Positions 35,305 through 44,149 of a stretch of DNA of 64,000 bases are shown in pieces. A program made the position numbers and the translations under genes. The notes under the pieces were generated by a model. That model saw only the letters and a program-made list of their open reading frames with translations, searched no databases and was not told where the DNA came from. Every line of letters starts with the position of its first letter. The stretch's first letter is position 1. Source of the DNA: Candidatus Aminicenantes bacterium (GTDB lineage Bacteria; Acidobacteriota; Aminicenantia; Aminicenantales; Saccharicenantaceae); NCBI GenBank assembly GCA_026393975.1, contig JAPKZD010000003.1, forward strand, positions 161,814-225,813, given 5' to 3'.

Positions 35305-36708
35305 ATGATGATCCGATTCGGCACCTCCGGCTGGCGGGGGGTCATGGGAGAGGAATTCACCTTCCACAACGTCCGGGTCGTCGTCCAGGCCATCGCCAAC
35401 CACCTCCGGAAAAGGTACGGGGACGGGCCGATCTCCGTGGTCGTCGGCTTCGATACGCGGTTTCTGTCGGAGCGTTACGCCTTCGAAGCGGCCAAACTCC
35501 TGGCCCGGAACCGGATCGAGGTCTTCCTGGCCGAACGGGACGCCCCGTCCCAGGCCCTGGCTTACCAGGTCATCAAGAGGAAATGCCAGGGCGGGATCAA
35601 CTTCACCGCCTCCTTCAACCCGCCGCGCTACAACGGCCTCAAGTTCAACGTCGAAACCGGCGCCCCGGCCCTCCCGGAAGTGACGGACGCCATCGAAGAG
35701 GAGATCCGGCAGCTGATGCCCGGCTTCTCCACCCTGGCCACCCACGCCCCGGGCGAATCCGTCTCCCGCATCGACTTCCAGGCGGACTATCTGGCTTTTC
35801 TCCAGGGCAAGATCGATTTCGGCGTCATGCGGACCGCGAAGCTGCGTGTCGCCGCGGACCTGCTTTATGGCACGAGCCGCGAATACCTCGACGAGATCCT
35901 CGAGGAGAACGGCGTCGAGGTCGAGAGCATCCACGGCTACGTCGACCCCTACTTCGGCGGTGTCAGCCCCTCCTGCACGGAGGAGAACCTGACCGAGCTC
36001 AAGGCCCATGTCCTCGAGACGAAGTGCCACCTCGGGGTGGCCACGGACGCGGATGGTGACCGGTTCGGCATCGTCGATGAAAAGGGGGCCTTCGTCCATC
36101 CGAACATCATCTTGGCCCTGCTTCTCAACTACCTCGCCAGGGTCAAGGGCTGGCGCGGTGGCGTCGCCCGGTCTGTCACCACGACCCATCTCATCGACCG
36201 CATCGCCCGCAAGCACGACCTGCCGCTGACCAAGACGAAGGTCGGCTTCAAATACATGGCCGACCTGTTCCTCAAGGGCCGGATCATGTTTGGCGGGGAG
36301 GAGAGCGCCTGCATCGCCGTCAAGGACCACCTCCCCGAAAAAGACGGGATCTTTGCCGGGCTCTTGGTCGCAGAGATGATCGCCGCCACCGGCCGTAGCC
36401 TGGGCGGGCTTCGCGAGGCCCTTTTCAAGGAATACGGAGAAATGGTTAGCGGTGAGCGCAACCTGCCCCTGACCCCGGAGCGGGCAAAGAGGCTGAAGGC
36501 GCTCATCCAGGATCCTCCGTCGAAGCTGGGCCGCCGGAAGGTCGTCTCCGTCGAGACGATCGACGGCCTCAAGCTCGATTTCGACGAGGACCGCTGGATC
36601 GTCCTCCGCCTGTCCGGGACCCAGCCGCTCATCCGCTGCTACGCCGAAGCCGAGACGCGCGAGGAGGTCGAGGCCCTCTTGAAAAAGGGGCTGGAGGCGG
36701 TCAGGTGA
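35305..36708 (+). CDS. Phosphoglucomutase/phosphomannomutase (alpha-D-phosphohexomutase) family protein
   Basis: 467 aa. FGTSGWRG N-terminus. The active-site loop reads TASFNPPRYNGLKF, where the canonical motif is [ST]ASHNPP.YNG.K. A metal-binding DADGDR loop is present. Confidence 0.85.
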   Translation: MMIRFGTSGWRGVMGEEFTFHNVRVVVQAIANHLRKRYGDGPISVVVGFDTRFLSERYAFEAAKLLARNRIEVFLAERDAPSQALAYQVIKRKCQGGINFTASFNPPRYNGLKFNVETGAPALPEVTDAIEEEIRQLMPGFSTLATHAPGESVSRIDFQADYLAFLQGKIDFGVMRTAKLRVAADLLYGTSREYLDEILEENGVEVESIHGYVDPYFGGVSPSCTEENLTELKAHVLETKCHLGVATDADGDRFGIVDEKGAFVHPNIILALLLNYLARVKGWRGGVARSVTTTHLIDRIARKHDLPLTKTKVGFKYMADLFLKGRIMFGGEESACIAVKDHLPEKDGIFAGLLVAEMIAATGRSLGGLREALFKEYGEMVSGERNLPLTPERAKRLKALIQDPPSKLGRRKVVSVETIDGLKLDFDEDRWIVLRLSGTQPLIRCYAEAETREEVEALLKKGLEAVR

Positions 36709-36995
36709 AGAAAAAAATTTTCATCCTCGGCATCGCCTGCTTCTTTCTGATCCTGATCGTCACTTCGCTCTTCGGGAAGAAGGGCGTCCTCGACCTTCGC
36801 CGGGCCCACCGGAACTTGGCGGCGTTCGAAACCCGGGTCCGGGTCCTCGAAGCGGAGAAGGTCCGACTAGAGGCGGAGATAGACCGGCTCGAAAAGGACC
36901 CCCGGGCCGTCGAAAAGCCGGCCCGGGAGAAGCTGGGACTCGTCAAACCCGGCGAGAAGGTCGTCGTCATCCCCGCCCCGCCGGTCAAGAAATAA
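36705..36995 (+). CDS. ftsB: Septum formation initiator FtsB/DivIC-like
   Basis: 96 aa. TM helix, coiled coil, then DP.AVEK.AREKLGLVKPGEKVV. GTGA overlap with the upstream gene. Confidence 0.7.
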   Translation: MKKKIFILGIACFFLILIVTSLFGKKGVLDLRRAHRNLAAFETRVRVLEAEKVRLEAEIDRLEKDPRAVEKPAREKLGLVKPGEKVVVIPAPPVKK

Positions 36996-39926
36996 ATGCC
37001 CCGGTCCCCCAAGCTCGAAGGGCCCTCGGAGGAGGTGGCCCTCGTCGAGAACCTCAACCCGGCGCAGCGCCGGGCGGTCCTCCATGGCGGCGGGCCGCTC
37101 CTCATCATCGCCGGCGCGGGGACGGGGAAGACCAAGGTCATCACCCATCGGATCGCCCGGCTGATCGCCTCGAAGGCGGCCCGGCCGGACGAGATCCTGG
37201 CCGTGACCTTCACTGAAAAGGCGGCCAACGAGATGGAGGCTCGGGTCGACGTCCTCGTCCCCTACACGTCGTCTTTCGCCGAGATCAGCACGTTCAATTC
37301 CTTCGGCGAAAGGGTCCTGCGCGACTACGCCCTCGACGTCGGCTATCCGCCGGACTTTCGCCTGCTCGACGACGTCGAGCAGGCCATCTTCTTCCGCGAA
37401 CACCTCTTCCGCCTGCCGCTCGATTATTACCGGCCGCTCGGCCAGCCGACGCGCCACATCCAGGAGCTCCTTGGGGCCATCCGCAGGCTGAAACAGGAGG
37501 ACGTCCGCCCCGAAGACTACGCCCGCTACGCGGAAGGGCTCGGGGAACGGGTGTCGAACGAGAGCGAGAAGGAGACGGCCCGGAAGCACCTCGAGATCGC
37601 CCGGGTCTTCGCGGAATACCAGACTCTCCTCCGGACGCAGGGCCTGATCGACTTCGAGGACCAGGTGACCCTCGTCGTCGACCTCTTCCGGCGGCGGCCC
37701 TCCGTCCTCGAGGAATTCCGGCGGCGATACCGGTACATCCTCGTCGACGAGTTCCAGGACACGAACTACATCCAGTTCGAGCTCCTCAAGATGCTCGCCG
37801 CCGGGCACAGGAACCTGACCGTGGTCGGGGATGACGACCAGAGCATCTTCCGCTTCCGAGGCGCCTCGCTCAGCAACATCCTCGGCTTCGAGGAGGTCTA
37901 CCCCGAGGCCAAAAGGATCGTCCTGACGCGGAACTACCGGTCGACCCAGCCCATCCTCGACGCTTCCTATCGGCTCATCCAGCACAACAACCCGAACCGG
38001 CTCGAGTTCAAGTACCGGGTCGACAAGCGCCTGAAGGCGGACGTCCGCGGCTCCGGGAAGAGCATCCACATGCTCCAGCTCGACACGCTCTTCCACGAGG
38101 CCGACGACGTGGCCGACCGTGTCCTCGACATCCACGGCCGCGGGGCGGCCTGGAAGGACATTGCCGTCCTCGTCCGCCGGAACGCCGACGCCGACCCCTA
38201 CCTGCGGTCCTTCAACGTGAAACAGATCCCCTTCCGGTTCTCGGGCAGCCGGGGGCTCTACCAGCAGGAGGAGGTCAAAGTCCTCGTCGCCTTCATCCGG
38301 ACCCTGACGGATTTCGACAACAGCCGCGATCTCTTCTACCTCGCCCTTTCGGACGTCTACAAGGCCAGCCCTTACGACATGACCCGGATCGCCGGGCACG
38401 CCGAGAAGAAGAACCTGTCCCTCCACAGCGTCTTCAAGACGATCGCCGAAGGCTCGAGCCCCGTGGAGATCGCCAAGGAGACGGAGGAGACGGTCAAGAG
38501 GATCTTCGCCGACATCCTCGCGTTCGTCGATCTCGCCGGGGCGAAGAATGTCGGGGCGGTCGTCTACGCCTTCCTCGAAAAAAGCGGCTACCTCAAGTCC
38601 CTGATCAGCCCGATGAACCTCGAGTCGGAGGTCCGGATCAAGAACATCCGCCTCTTTTTCGACAAGATCAAAGGGTTCTCCGATCTCGTCGACAACGACT
38701 CCATCCGCTCCTTCGCCCGTTACCTCGACCTGCTCCGCGAGGTCGGCGACAACCCGGCCACCTCGGAGGCGGAACTCGACGAGGACGCCGTCAATGTTCT
38801 AACGGTTCACAAGGCCAAGGGGCTCGAGTTCGGGACGGTCTTTCTCGTCGGCCTCATCGAGGACCGCTTTCCCGGCCGGGAGCGGCGGGAGAAGATCCCG
38901 GTCCCGGACGGGATCCTCAAGGAGCGCCTGCCGGGGCGGGAGAACTATCTCCAGGAGGAGAGGCGGCTCTTCTACGTGGCCATGACCCGCGCCCGCCGGG
39001 CCCTCTATCTGACCTGGGCCAGGGACTACGGACTCAAGCGCCTGAAGAAGGTCAGCCCCTTCGTCCTCGAGGCCCTGGACATCCCCAAGATGCCGGAAGA
39101 AGTCCTGCGGGCCTCCGTCCTCGAGGAGATCCGGCGCTACGCCCTGTCCGACAGCCGGCCGAAGGCCCCGGCCGTGGCCCGGCCGACGGGGACGCTGCGG
39201 CTGAGCCACGTCCAGGTCGAGGACTACCTCATCTGCCCGCTCAAGTACAGGTTCCGCCACGTCATGCGCGTGCCCGTCCTGCCCCACCACTCGCTCGTCT
39301 TCGGCCGCGTCCTTCACGCCGCGATCCACGCCTTTCTCAAGCAGAGGATGAAGGGCAAGCGCCCTGCCGAACAGGACGTCATCGATGAATACGGTAAGAA
39401 TTGGGTCAACGAAGGCTTCCTCAGCCGGGAGCACGAAGAGTTGCGCAAAGCGGCGGGCGAGCAGGCCCTTCGCCTCTTTTACCGGCGGGAGGAGGAGTCG
39501 GGGCGCCTGCCGGCTTTCCTCGAAAAGCCTTTCCGCTGGCAGGAGGGCGGCGTCCGCTTTTCGGGACGCTATGACCGCGTCGATTTCGAGGCGGACGGCC
39601 CGGTTATCATCGATTTCAAGACGACCGAGGCGTCCTCCCAGAAGGAAGCCGACCGCCGGACGGCCGACAGCCTGCAGATGGACGTCTACGCCCTATCCTT
39701 TTTAAAGACGGAGGGGATGCTTCCGGTCGAGACGCGCCTCCATTTCCTGGAGTCCGACATCGTTGGACATGCCACGAAGGGGGAGAAAGAGTTGCGCCGG
39801 GCGGCGGAGAAGATCCGTCAAGCAGCAGAAGGCGTCCGCGGCGGGGATTTCACGGCCCGGCCGGACTGGCATAACTGTTCGATCTGCGAATTCAAGACGA
39901 TCTGCCCCTCATCGTTTGCTTATTGA
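36996..39926 (+). CDS. UvrD/PcrA-family SF1 helicase fused to a C-terminal PD-(D/E)XK Cas4/AddB-like Fe-S nuclease domain
   Basis: 976 aa. LNPAQRRAV, GAGTGKTKVITHRIA, VDEFQDTN helicase motifs. C-terminal ~230 aa with Cys..(D)..IIDFKT..(Q..DVY)..C-x2-C-x5-C (LICPL ... CSICEFKTICP). ATG directly after the ftsB TAA. Confidence 0.8.
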   Translation: MPRSPKLEGPSEEVALVENLNPAQRRAVLHGGGPLLIIAGAGTGKTKVITHRIARLIASKAARPDEILAVTFTEKAANEMEARVDVLVPYTSSFAEISTFNSFGERVLRDYALDVGYPPDFRLLDDVEQAIFFREHLFRLPLDYYRPLGQPTRHIQELLGAIRRLKQEDVRPEDYARYAEGLGERVSNESEKETARKHLEIARVFAEYQTLLRTQGLIDFEDQVTLVVDLFRRRPSVLEEFRRRYRYILVDEFQDTNYIQFELLKMLAAGHRNLTVVGDDDQSIFRFRGASLSNILGFEEVYPEAKRIVLTRNYRSTQPILDASYRLIQHNNPNRLEFKYRVDKRLKADVRGSGKSIHMLQLDTLFHEADDVADRVLDIHGRGAAWKDIAVLVRRNADADPYLRSFNVKQIPFRFSGSRGLYQQEEVKVLVAFIRTLTDFDNSRDLFYLALSDVYKASPYDMTRIAGHAEKKNLSLHSVFKTIAEGSSPVEIAKETEETVKRIFADILAFVDLAGAKNVGAVVYAFLEKSGYLKSLISPMNLESEVRIKNIRLFFDKIKGFSDLVDNDSIRSFARYLDLLREVGDNPATSEAELDEDAVNVLTVHKAKGLEFGTVFLVGLIEDRFPGRERREKIPVPDGILKERLPGRENYLQEERRLFYVAMTRARRALYLTWARDYGLKRLKKVSPFVLEALDIPKMPEEVLRASVLEEIRRYALSDSRPKAPAVARPTGTLRLSHVQVEDYLICPLKYRFRHVMRVPVLPHHSLVFGRVLHAAIHAFLKQRMKGKRPAEQDVIDEYGKNWVNEGFLSREHEELRKAAGEQALRLFYRREEESGRLPAFLEKPFRWQEGGVRFSGRYDRVDFEADGPVIIDFKTTEASSQKEADRRTADSLQMDVYALSFLKTEGMLPVETRLHFLESDIVGHATKGEKELRRAAEKIRQAAEGVRGGDFTARPDWHNCSICEFKTICPSSFAY

Positions 39927-39944
39927 GGGACTGTCCCTCTTTTG

Positions 39945-41660
39945 CTATTGCGGCTTGACCCAGAAGGGCATGACCGCCCAGATCTTCGTCCGGTTCATCA
40001 TGCGGACCGTGTCCAGGATCTTTTCCCGGCCGGCCGCGCTCTTGATATCGAGCCCGATCCCGGAACGGCTGAAAACGGCCTGCCAGAACGAGCGCTTTTT
40101 GGGCCAGACGTCGAAACGGACTTCCTCGTCGGCGTCGATTCCGGCCTCCTTTTTAGCCAGGCCGACGGCCATGGTCAGGCCGCCGAGCTCGTCCACGAGC
40201 TTGCGGTCCTTGGCCTGGCGTCCCGTCCAAATGCGGCCCTTGCCGACGGCGTCGACCTCATCCCGGGTGAGGCCCCGCCCCTCCGCGGCCTTGGACAGGA
40301 ACTGCTCGTAGGTCCACAGGATCTCTTCCTTGAGGACTTTCCGCTCGTCGGGAGTGAACGGCCGGAAGGGCGAGAAGATGTCGGCCTTTTCGCCGAAGGC
40401 GAGCTTCTCCGAGGTAATGCCCAGTTTCCCGAGAAGGCCGTCGATGCTGAACTTTCCGGCCAGGACGCCGATTGACCCGGTCAGGGTCTGCGGCTGGGCG
40501 ACGATCTTCGTCGCGGCCATGGCGATCCAGTACCCGCCCGAGCCGGCCACGTCCGACATGGACACGACGACGGGCTTCACCTTTTTGGCCAAGGCGACCT
40601 CGCGCCAGATGACGTCTGACCCGACCGACGACCCTCCCGGGCTGTCGATGCGGAGGACGATAGCTTTGACCGATCCATCGTTGCGGGCGGTCCGTATCCA
40701 CCGGGCCACGGTCGACCCGCCCATGACCTGGGGCAGGCTTTCGCCGGTCATGATCGTCCCAACGGCGTAGAGGAGGGCGACCGTGCGGCCCGTTTCGAGG
40801 CCGACCGAGGACGGCTTGACCTTCGTGTAGTCGTCGAACCTGACTTGGGCCGGCGCCCGGCCGTCCTGCCGCAGGAGCGCCTGGATCTCGTCCTCGTAGA
40901 GGCAGTCGTCGACGAGCCCCGCCGCCTTGGCCCGCTCGCCCTGGAAGAAGCTGCGGTCGACGAGGGCCCGGAATTCGGCTTCGGTCTTACCGCGGGCCTT
41001 GGCCGCCGTAGCCACGTACTGGGCGAAGAGGTCGGAATAAAGGGATTCCATCTCTTCCCGGTGGGCCGGTGTGAAGCCCTTTTCCGTGAACATGTTAGCC
41101 GCGGTCTTGTATTCCTCGACGTGTTCGAACTCGGCCCGGACGCCGAGCTTGTCGAGCGCGCCCTTCAAGAACGGAACATAGCCGCCGATGCCGTTGATGC
41201 CCAGCCAGCCCAGGGGGTGGAGGATGATCCGGTCGCAGGCCGTGGCCACGAAATATTCCATGTCGAAATCAGGGGCCTCCTCGATCACGGCGTAGACCTT
41301 CTTGCCCGAGCGGCGGAAATCGAGGATGGCCTCGCGCATCTCGTTGGCCTTGGCCCAGTCGCACTGGAGGAGGCCGAGCCGCAGGAGGACGGCCTGGATG
41401 CGGCCGTCGACCTTGGCCTTGCGCAGGTTCATCCAGAAATCGTACATGGCCAGCGGCTTCGCCCCGAGGAGGAGCGAGCTGAGGGAGTCCGGCGCGGCGA
41501 CCTCGGAAACGGTGCCCGAGAGCGGGACCTCGAGATAGCCGCGGGCGGGCATGTCCACGGCCGTCCCGCCGATGTCCATGACGACCAGGAAGAACGTGCC
41601 GGCGGCGGCCAGCAGGAAAAAGAACAGGAAGATCATCCCGACATAGGCGGATTTTCTCAT
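39945..41660 (-). CDS. sppA: Signal peptide peptidase SppA (67K type)
   Basis: Two tandem ClpP/crotonase-like S49 domains (IVLRIDSPGGS...). N-terminal TM. Internal ATG at 41660 with GAGGAG RBS chosen. Confidence 0.85.
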   Translation of the reverse strand: MRKSAYVGMIFLFFFLLAAAGTFFLVVMDIGGTAVDMPARGYLEVPLSGTVSEVAAPDSLSSLLLGAKPLAMYDFWMNLRKAKVDGRIQAVLLRLGLLQCDWAKANEMREAILDFRRSGKKVYAVIEEAPDFDMEYFVATACDRIILHPLGWLGINGIGGYVPFLKGALDKLGVRAEFEHVEEYKTAANMFTEKGFTPAHREEMESLYSDLFAQYVATAAKARGKTEAEFRALVDRSFFQGERAKAAGLVDDCLYEDEIQALLRQDGRAPAQVRFDDYTKVKPSSVGLETGRTVALLYAVGTIMTGESLPQVMGGSTVARWIRTARNDGSVKAIVLRIDSPGGSSVGSDVIWREVALAKKVKPVVVSMSDVAGSGGYWIAMAATKIVAQPQTLTGSIGVLAGKFSIDGLLGKLGITSEKLAFGEKADIFSPFRPFTPDERKVLKEEILWTYEQFLSKAAEGRGLTRDEVDAVGKGRIWTGRQAKDRKLVDELGGLTMAVGLAKKEAGIDADEEVRFDVWPKKRSFWQAVFSRSGIGLDIKSAAGREKILDTVRMMNRTKIWAVMPFWVKPQ

Positions 41661-41827
41661 GGCGGCTCCTCGTTTTTGCCCGGTCACGCGGCCCGTGTCC
41701 GGGCCACCCAACTATAGCAGAAATGAGCTTGATTTCAATCTTCGAAATATGGACAATAAATCCTCATCCCGCCGCGTCCTTCCCGCAGCGGGGCCGGCGA
41801 TGGCGGGAGAGACAGGAGGTATTCTGA

Positions 41828-42136
41828 ATGTCTTTTCAAAAGCTTTATGTCGGTAACCTCAATTACAAGACCACGGAAGAGACGCTGAAGGAGCTGTTCG
41901 CGCAGTTCGGCGAGGTTACCTCGGTCAACATCCTGCAGGGCCGCGGCTTCGGCTTCGTCGAGATGGCCACGCCGGAAGCGGCGCAGGATGCCAAGGGCAA
42001 GCTGAACAGTACCGAGTTCGACGGCCGCAAGCTCATCGTCAACGATGCCCGCCCGCAGGCCGAAAGACCCCGGACCGATCGCGATCGGCGCCCGGGCGGA
42101 CCCGAGGGCGATAGACGAGGATTCTCCAAGTTCTGA
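41828..42136 (+). CDS. RRM-type RNA-binding protein (RNP-1/RNP-2) with Arg/Gly/Asp-rich tail
   Basis: KLYVGNLNY (RNP-2) and RGFGFVEM (RNP-1). 102 aa. Confidence 0.85.
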   Translation: MSFQKLYVGNLNYKTTEETLKELFAQFGEVTSVNILQGRGFGFVEMATPEAAQDAKGKLNSTEFDGRKLIVNDARPQAERPRTDRDRRPGGPEGDRRGFSKF

Positions 42137-42162
42137 CCCCTGAGGACCCGCCCCCGCAGCGG

Positions 42163-42299
42163 GGCCTCGGGGATCGTCTCCGTCCGCTGCGGTGATTCTT
42201 AACGCTATCCCGGGCCGGATTCGATGGGGGGAGTCCGCGTATCCGGCCCGAGCTAGCTAAATCACCGCTTTATGCTCCCTCCGACGATTCCCCTCGGCC
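42163..42299 (-). repeat. Structured intergenic repeat, copy C (minus orientation), in the 3' region of the RRM-protein gene
   Basis: The reverse complement aligns with copies A and D: GGCCGAGGGGAATCGTCGGAGGGAGCATAAAGCGGTGATTTAGC..GGGCCGGAT[ACGCGGACTCCCCCATCGA]ATCCGGCCC..GCGTTAAGAATCACCGCAGCGGACGGAGACGATCCCCGAGGCC. Confidence 0.8.
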
Positions 42300-42327
42300 C
42301 CGATTTCTGCGGTGTCGGGCTATTAGA

Positions 42328-42362
42328 GGGGACATGCCTTCCCAGTACGTGTCCCCCTTTTT
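42328..42362 (+). terminator. Rho-independent terminator downstream of the RRM-protein gene and repeat C
   Basis: GGGGACA-(15-nt loop)-TGTCCCC followed by TTTTT. Confidence 0.55.
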
Positions 42363-42681
42363 CATCTCCCCTCTGCGTCAAAAGGCACTCCATTCCATTG
42401 GCTGCAATGCTTTCTGTGTCGCAAGACGCCACCCGGGCTGAGACAGGGACCGTCCAGAGCCCCCGTAGCGGAGGGGGACCCATCGGCTTGCCGATGGGGG
42501 AACCGCCGGGACTGGTTCCCAGGGGGGCCGGGGGATATGGATGGTCCCTGTTTCAGCCTAAAAGGGTGGCGCCAGCGATTCTTGCCTGTTCCTGGGGTGA
42601 ACCTTTGGTCATCTCGCTTCGTTGTACCCAGTGAAGTCCCAGGAGAGGAGTTTAGAAGTGTCGGACCGGCTGAGTGTTCCC

Positions 42682-42710
42682 TTGACCGCCGGATGGCAAC
42701 GTCATACAGT
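42682..42710 (+). promoter_or_regulatory. Putative promoter of the ECF sigma gene (TTGACC-17-TACAGT)
   Basis: Hexamers spaced 17 nt apart, ~78 nt upstream of ATG 42788. The sequence contains GGCAAC/GTC elements but no clear ECF-type consensus. Confidence 0.35.
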
Positions 42711-42787
42711 TCCCTTGGGGCACAGCTAGGACCAGGCGGCGGATCGAGGAACGGACACACGTGGACGAACGAAGGGACCCCGGAACG

Positions 42788-43354
42788 ATGGCCGAGCCGA
42801 CCGAGATCGCCTCTCTCTTGGAGCGGATCCAGGACGGAGACCGGGAAGCTTTCATGACGATCATCCGGCTCTACCAGCAGAAAGTGTTCGTTATGGCCTA
42901 CTCCATTCTCCGCAACCGCGAAGACGCGCTCGACGCCGTCCAGGAAACGTTCCTCAGGCTCTATCAGAAGGCCGGCCTCTACAAGCCCGGCAATTCGTTC
43001 CAAGGCTGGCTCCTCCAGATGGCCAAGAACATCAGCATCGACAGCTACCGGAAACACCAACGGAAGCGGCGGGAATGGGAGACTTCGAAGCCGCTCGAGG
43101 AAATCCCCATCGCGGTCGAGGACAGGGCCTCGGACTCGGCCGCGTCGGACCTTCGGAGCACTTTTGCGCGGTCCGTCGACAAGCTGGCCAAGAGGCAGAA
43201 GATGGTCTTCGTCATGAGGCACTACAACGAGCTTCAATTCAACGAGATCTCCGAAGCCATGCGGATCTCGGTCGGGACGGCCAAGTCGCTCCATTTCAAG
43301 GCCGTCCAGAATCTCAGGAAGTGGCTGACACCGGATTTGGGGATGCAACGATGA
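42788..43354 (+). CDS. ECF-subfamily RNA polymerase sigma factor
   Basis: sigma70 region 2 (..RLYQQKVFVMAYSILRNREDALDAVQETFLRLY..) and region 4 (..LQFNEISEAMRISVGTAKS..). Confidence 0.85.
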   Translation: MAEPTEIASLLERIQDGDREAFMTIIRLYQQKVFVMAYSILRNREDALDAVQETFLRLYQKAGLYKPGNSFQGWLLQMAKNISIDSYRKHQRKRREWETSKPLEEIPIAVEDRASDSAASDLRSTFARSVDKLAKRQKMVFVMRHYNELQFNEISEAMRISVGTAKSLHFKAVQNLRKWLTPDLGMQR

Positions 43355-44148
43355 ACAAATGCGCGCTGAACAGGGACGATTGGGCGGCCTTCCTCTCGGG
43401 CGACCTGGAGGAAGGAAGGAGAACGACGATGGCCGAACATTTCGAAAAGTGCCCGAAATGCCGGGCCGAGGCCGATGAGATGCGAAGGGTCCTGGCGAAG
43501 ACCGACGCCGTCAAGGCCGAGATCCGCGAGGCGGTCGCGTCTGTCGACTGGGAGAAGTTTCCCGCCGTGATCGCCGACCGCGCCGTCGCCGCGTCCCGAA
43601 AGCCCGAGGGCGTTTTGCCGGCCGCGCGGCCGTGGGTCTGGCTATTCCCCCTCCGGATGAAACCGGCCCTGGCCGGGCTCGCCGCCGGCCTCGTCGTCGG
43701 CGCGGTGGCCATGTACTTCGCCCTGAAGGCCCCCGGGCCCCGTCCCGGGCTGGGCACGGGATATTATGCCTCCGGCGAGTTCCTAGACCGGGCCGAACTC
43801 GCCATGGCCCGCCGGAACACACTGGACTACCTCGAAAAGAGCCAGTACGTCCTCCTCGACGTCTTCGAATCGGCCGGGGAAGGGGCCGGGGTGCCGGCTG
43901 CATTCAGCTCGGAACAAGCTCGGGACCTCCTCTCGAAGAAAAAGTACCTCAACGCCCAGCTCGAGAAGTTCCAGATGGCCAAGGCCAAGGCCATCTGCGA
44001 CCAGATCGAGATGCTCTTCCTCGAGCTCGCCCAAATCAGCGACAAGCTGCCCGCTGCCGAGCTCGGCAGGATCCGGGGCTTCGTCGAGGAGCGCCAGCTC
44101 CTCCTGAAGATCAACCTGGTCAAAAAAGAACTGCAAAGTGAGATCTGA
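43351..44148 (+). CDS. Zinc-finger (zf-HC2) transmembrane anti-sigma factor
   Basis: ATGA overlap with the sigma gene. HFEKCPKCRAEADE (H-x3-C-x2-C). A single TM helix (ALAGLAAGLVVGAVAMYFAL). Periplasmic coiled-coil C-terminus. Confidence 0.75.
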   Translation: MNKCALNRDDWAAFLSGDLEEGRRTTMAEHFEKCPKCRAEADEMRRVLAKTDAVKAEIREAVASVDWEKFPAVIADRAVAASRKPEGVLPAARPWVWLFPLRMKPALAGLAAGLVVGAVAMYFALKAPGPRPGLGTGYYASGEFLDRAELAMARRNTLDYLEKSQYVLLDVFESAGEGAGVPAAFSSEQARDLLSKKKYLNAQLEKFQMAKAKAICDQIEMLFLELAQISDKLPAAELGRIRGFVEERQLLLKINLVKKELQSEI

Positions 44149-44149
44149 C

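Noticed and set aside
42272-42634. 120-aa plus-strand ORF between rbp and the sigma gene
   Set aside because: It begins inside repeat copy C, has no RBS, and is Pro/Gly/Ser-rich low complexity. It crosses a predicted terminator.
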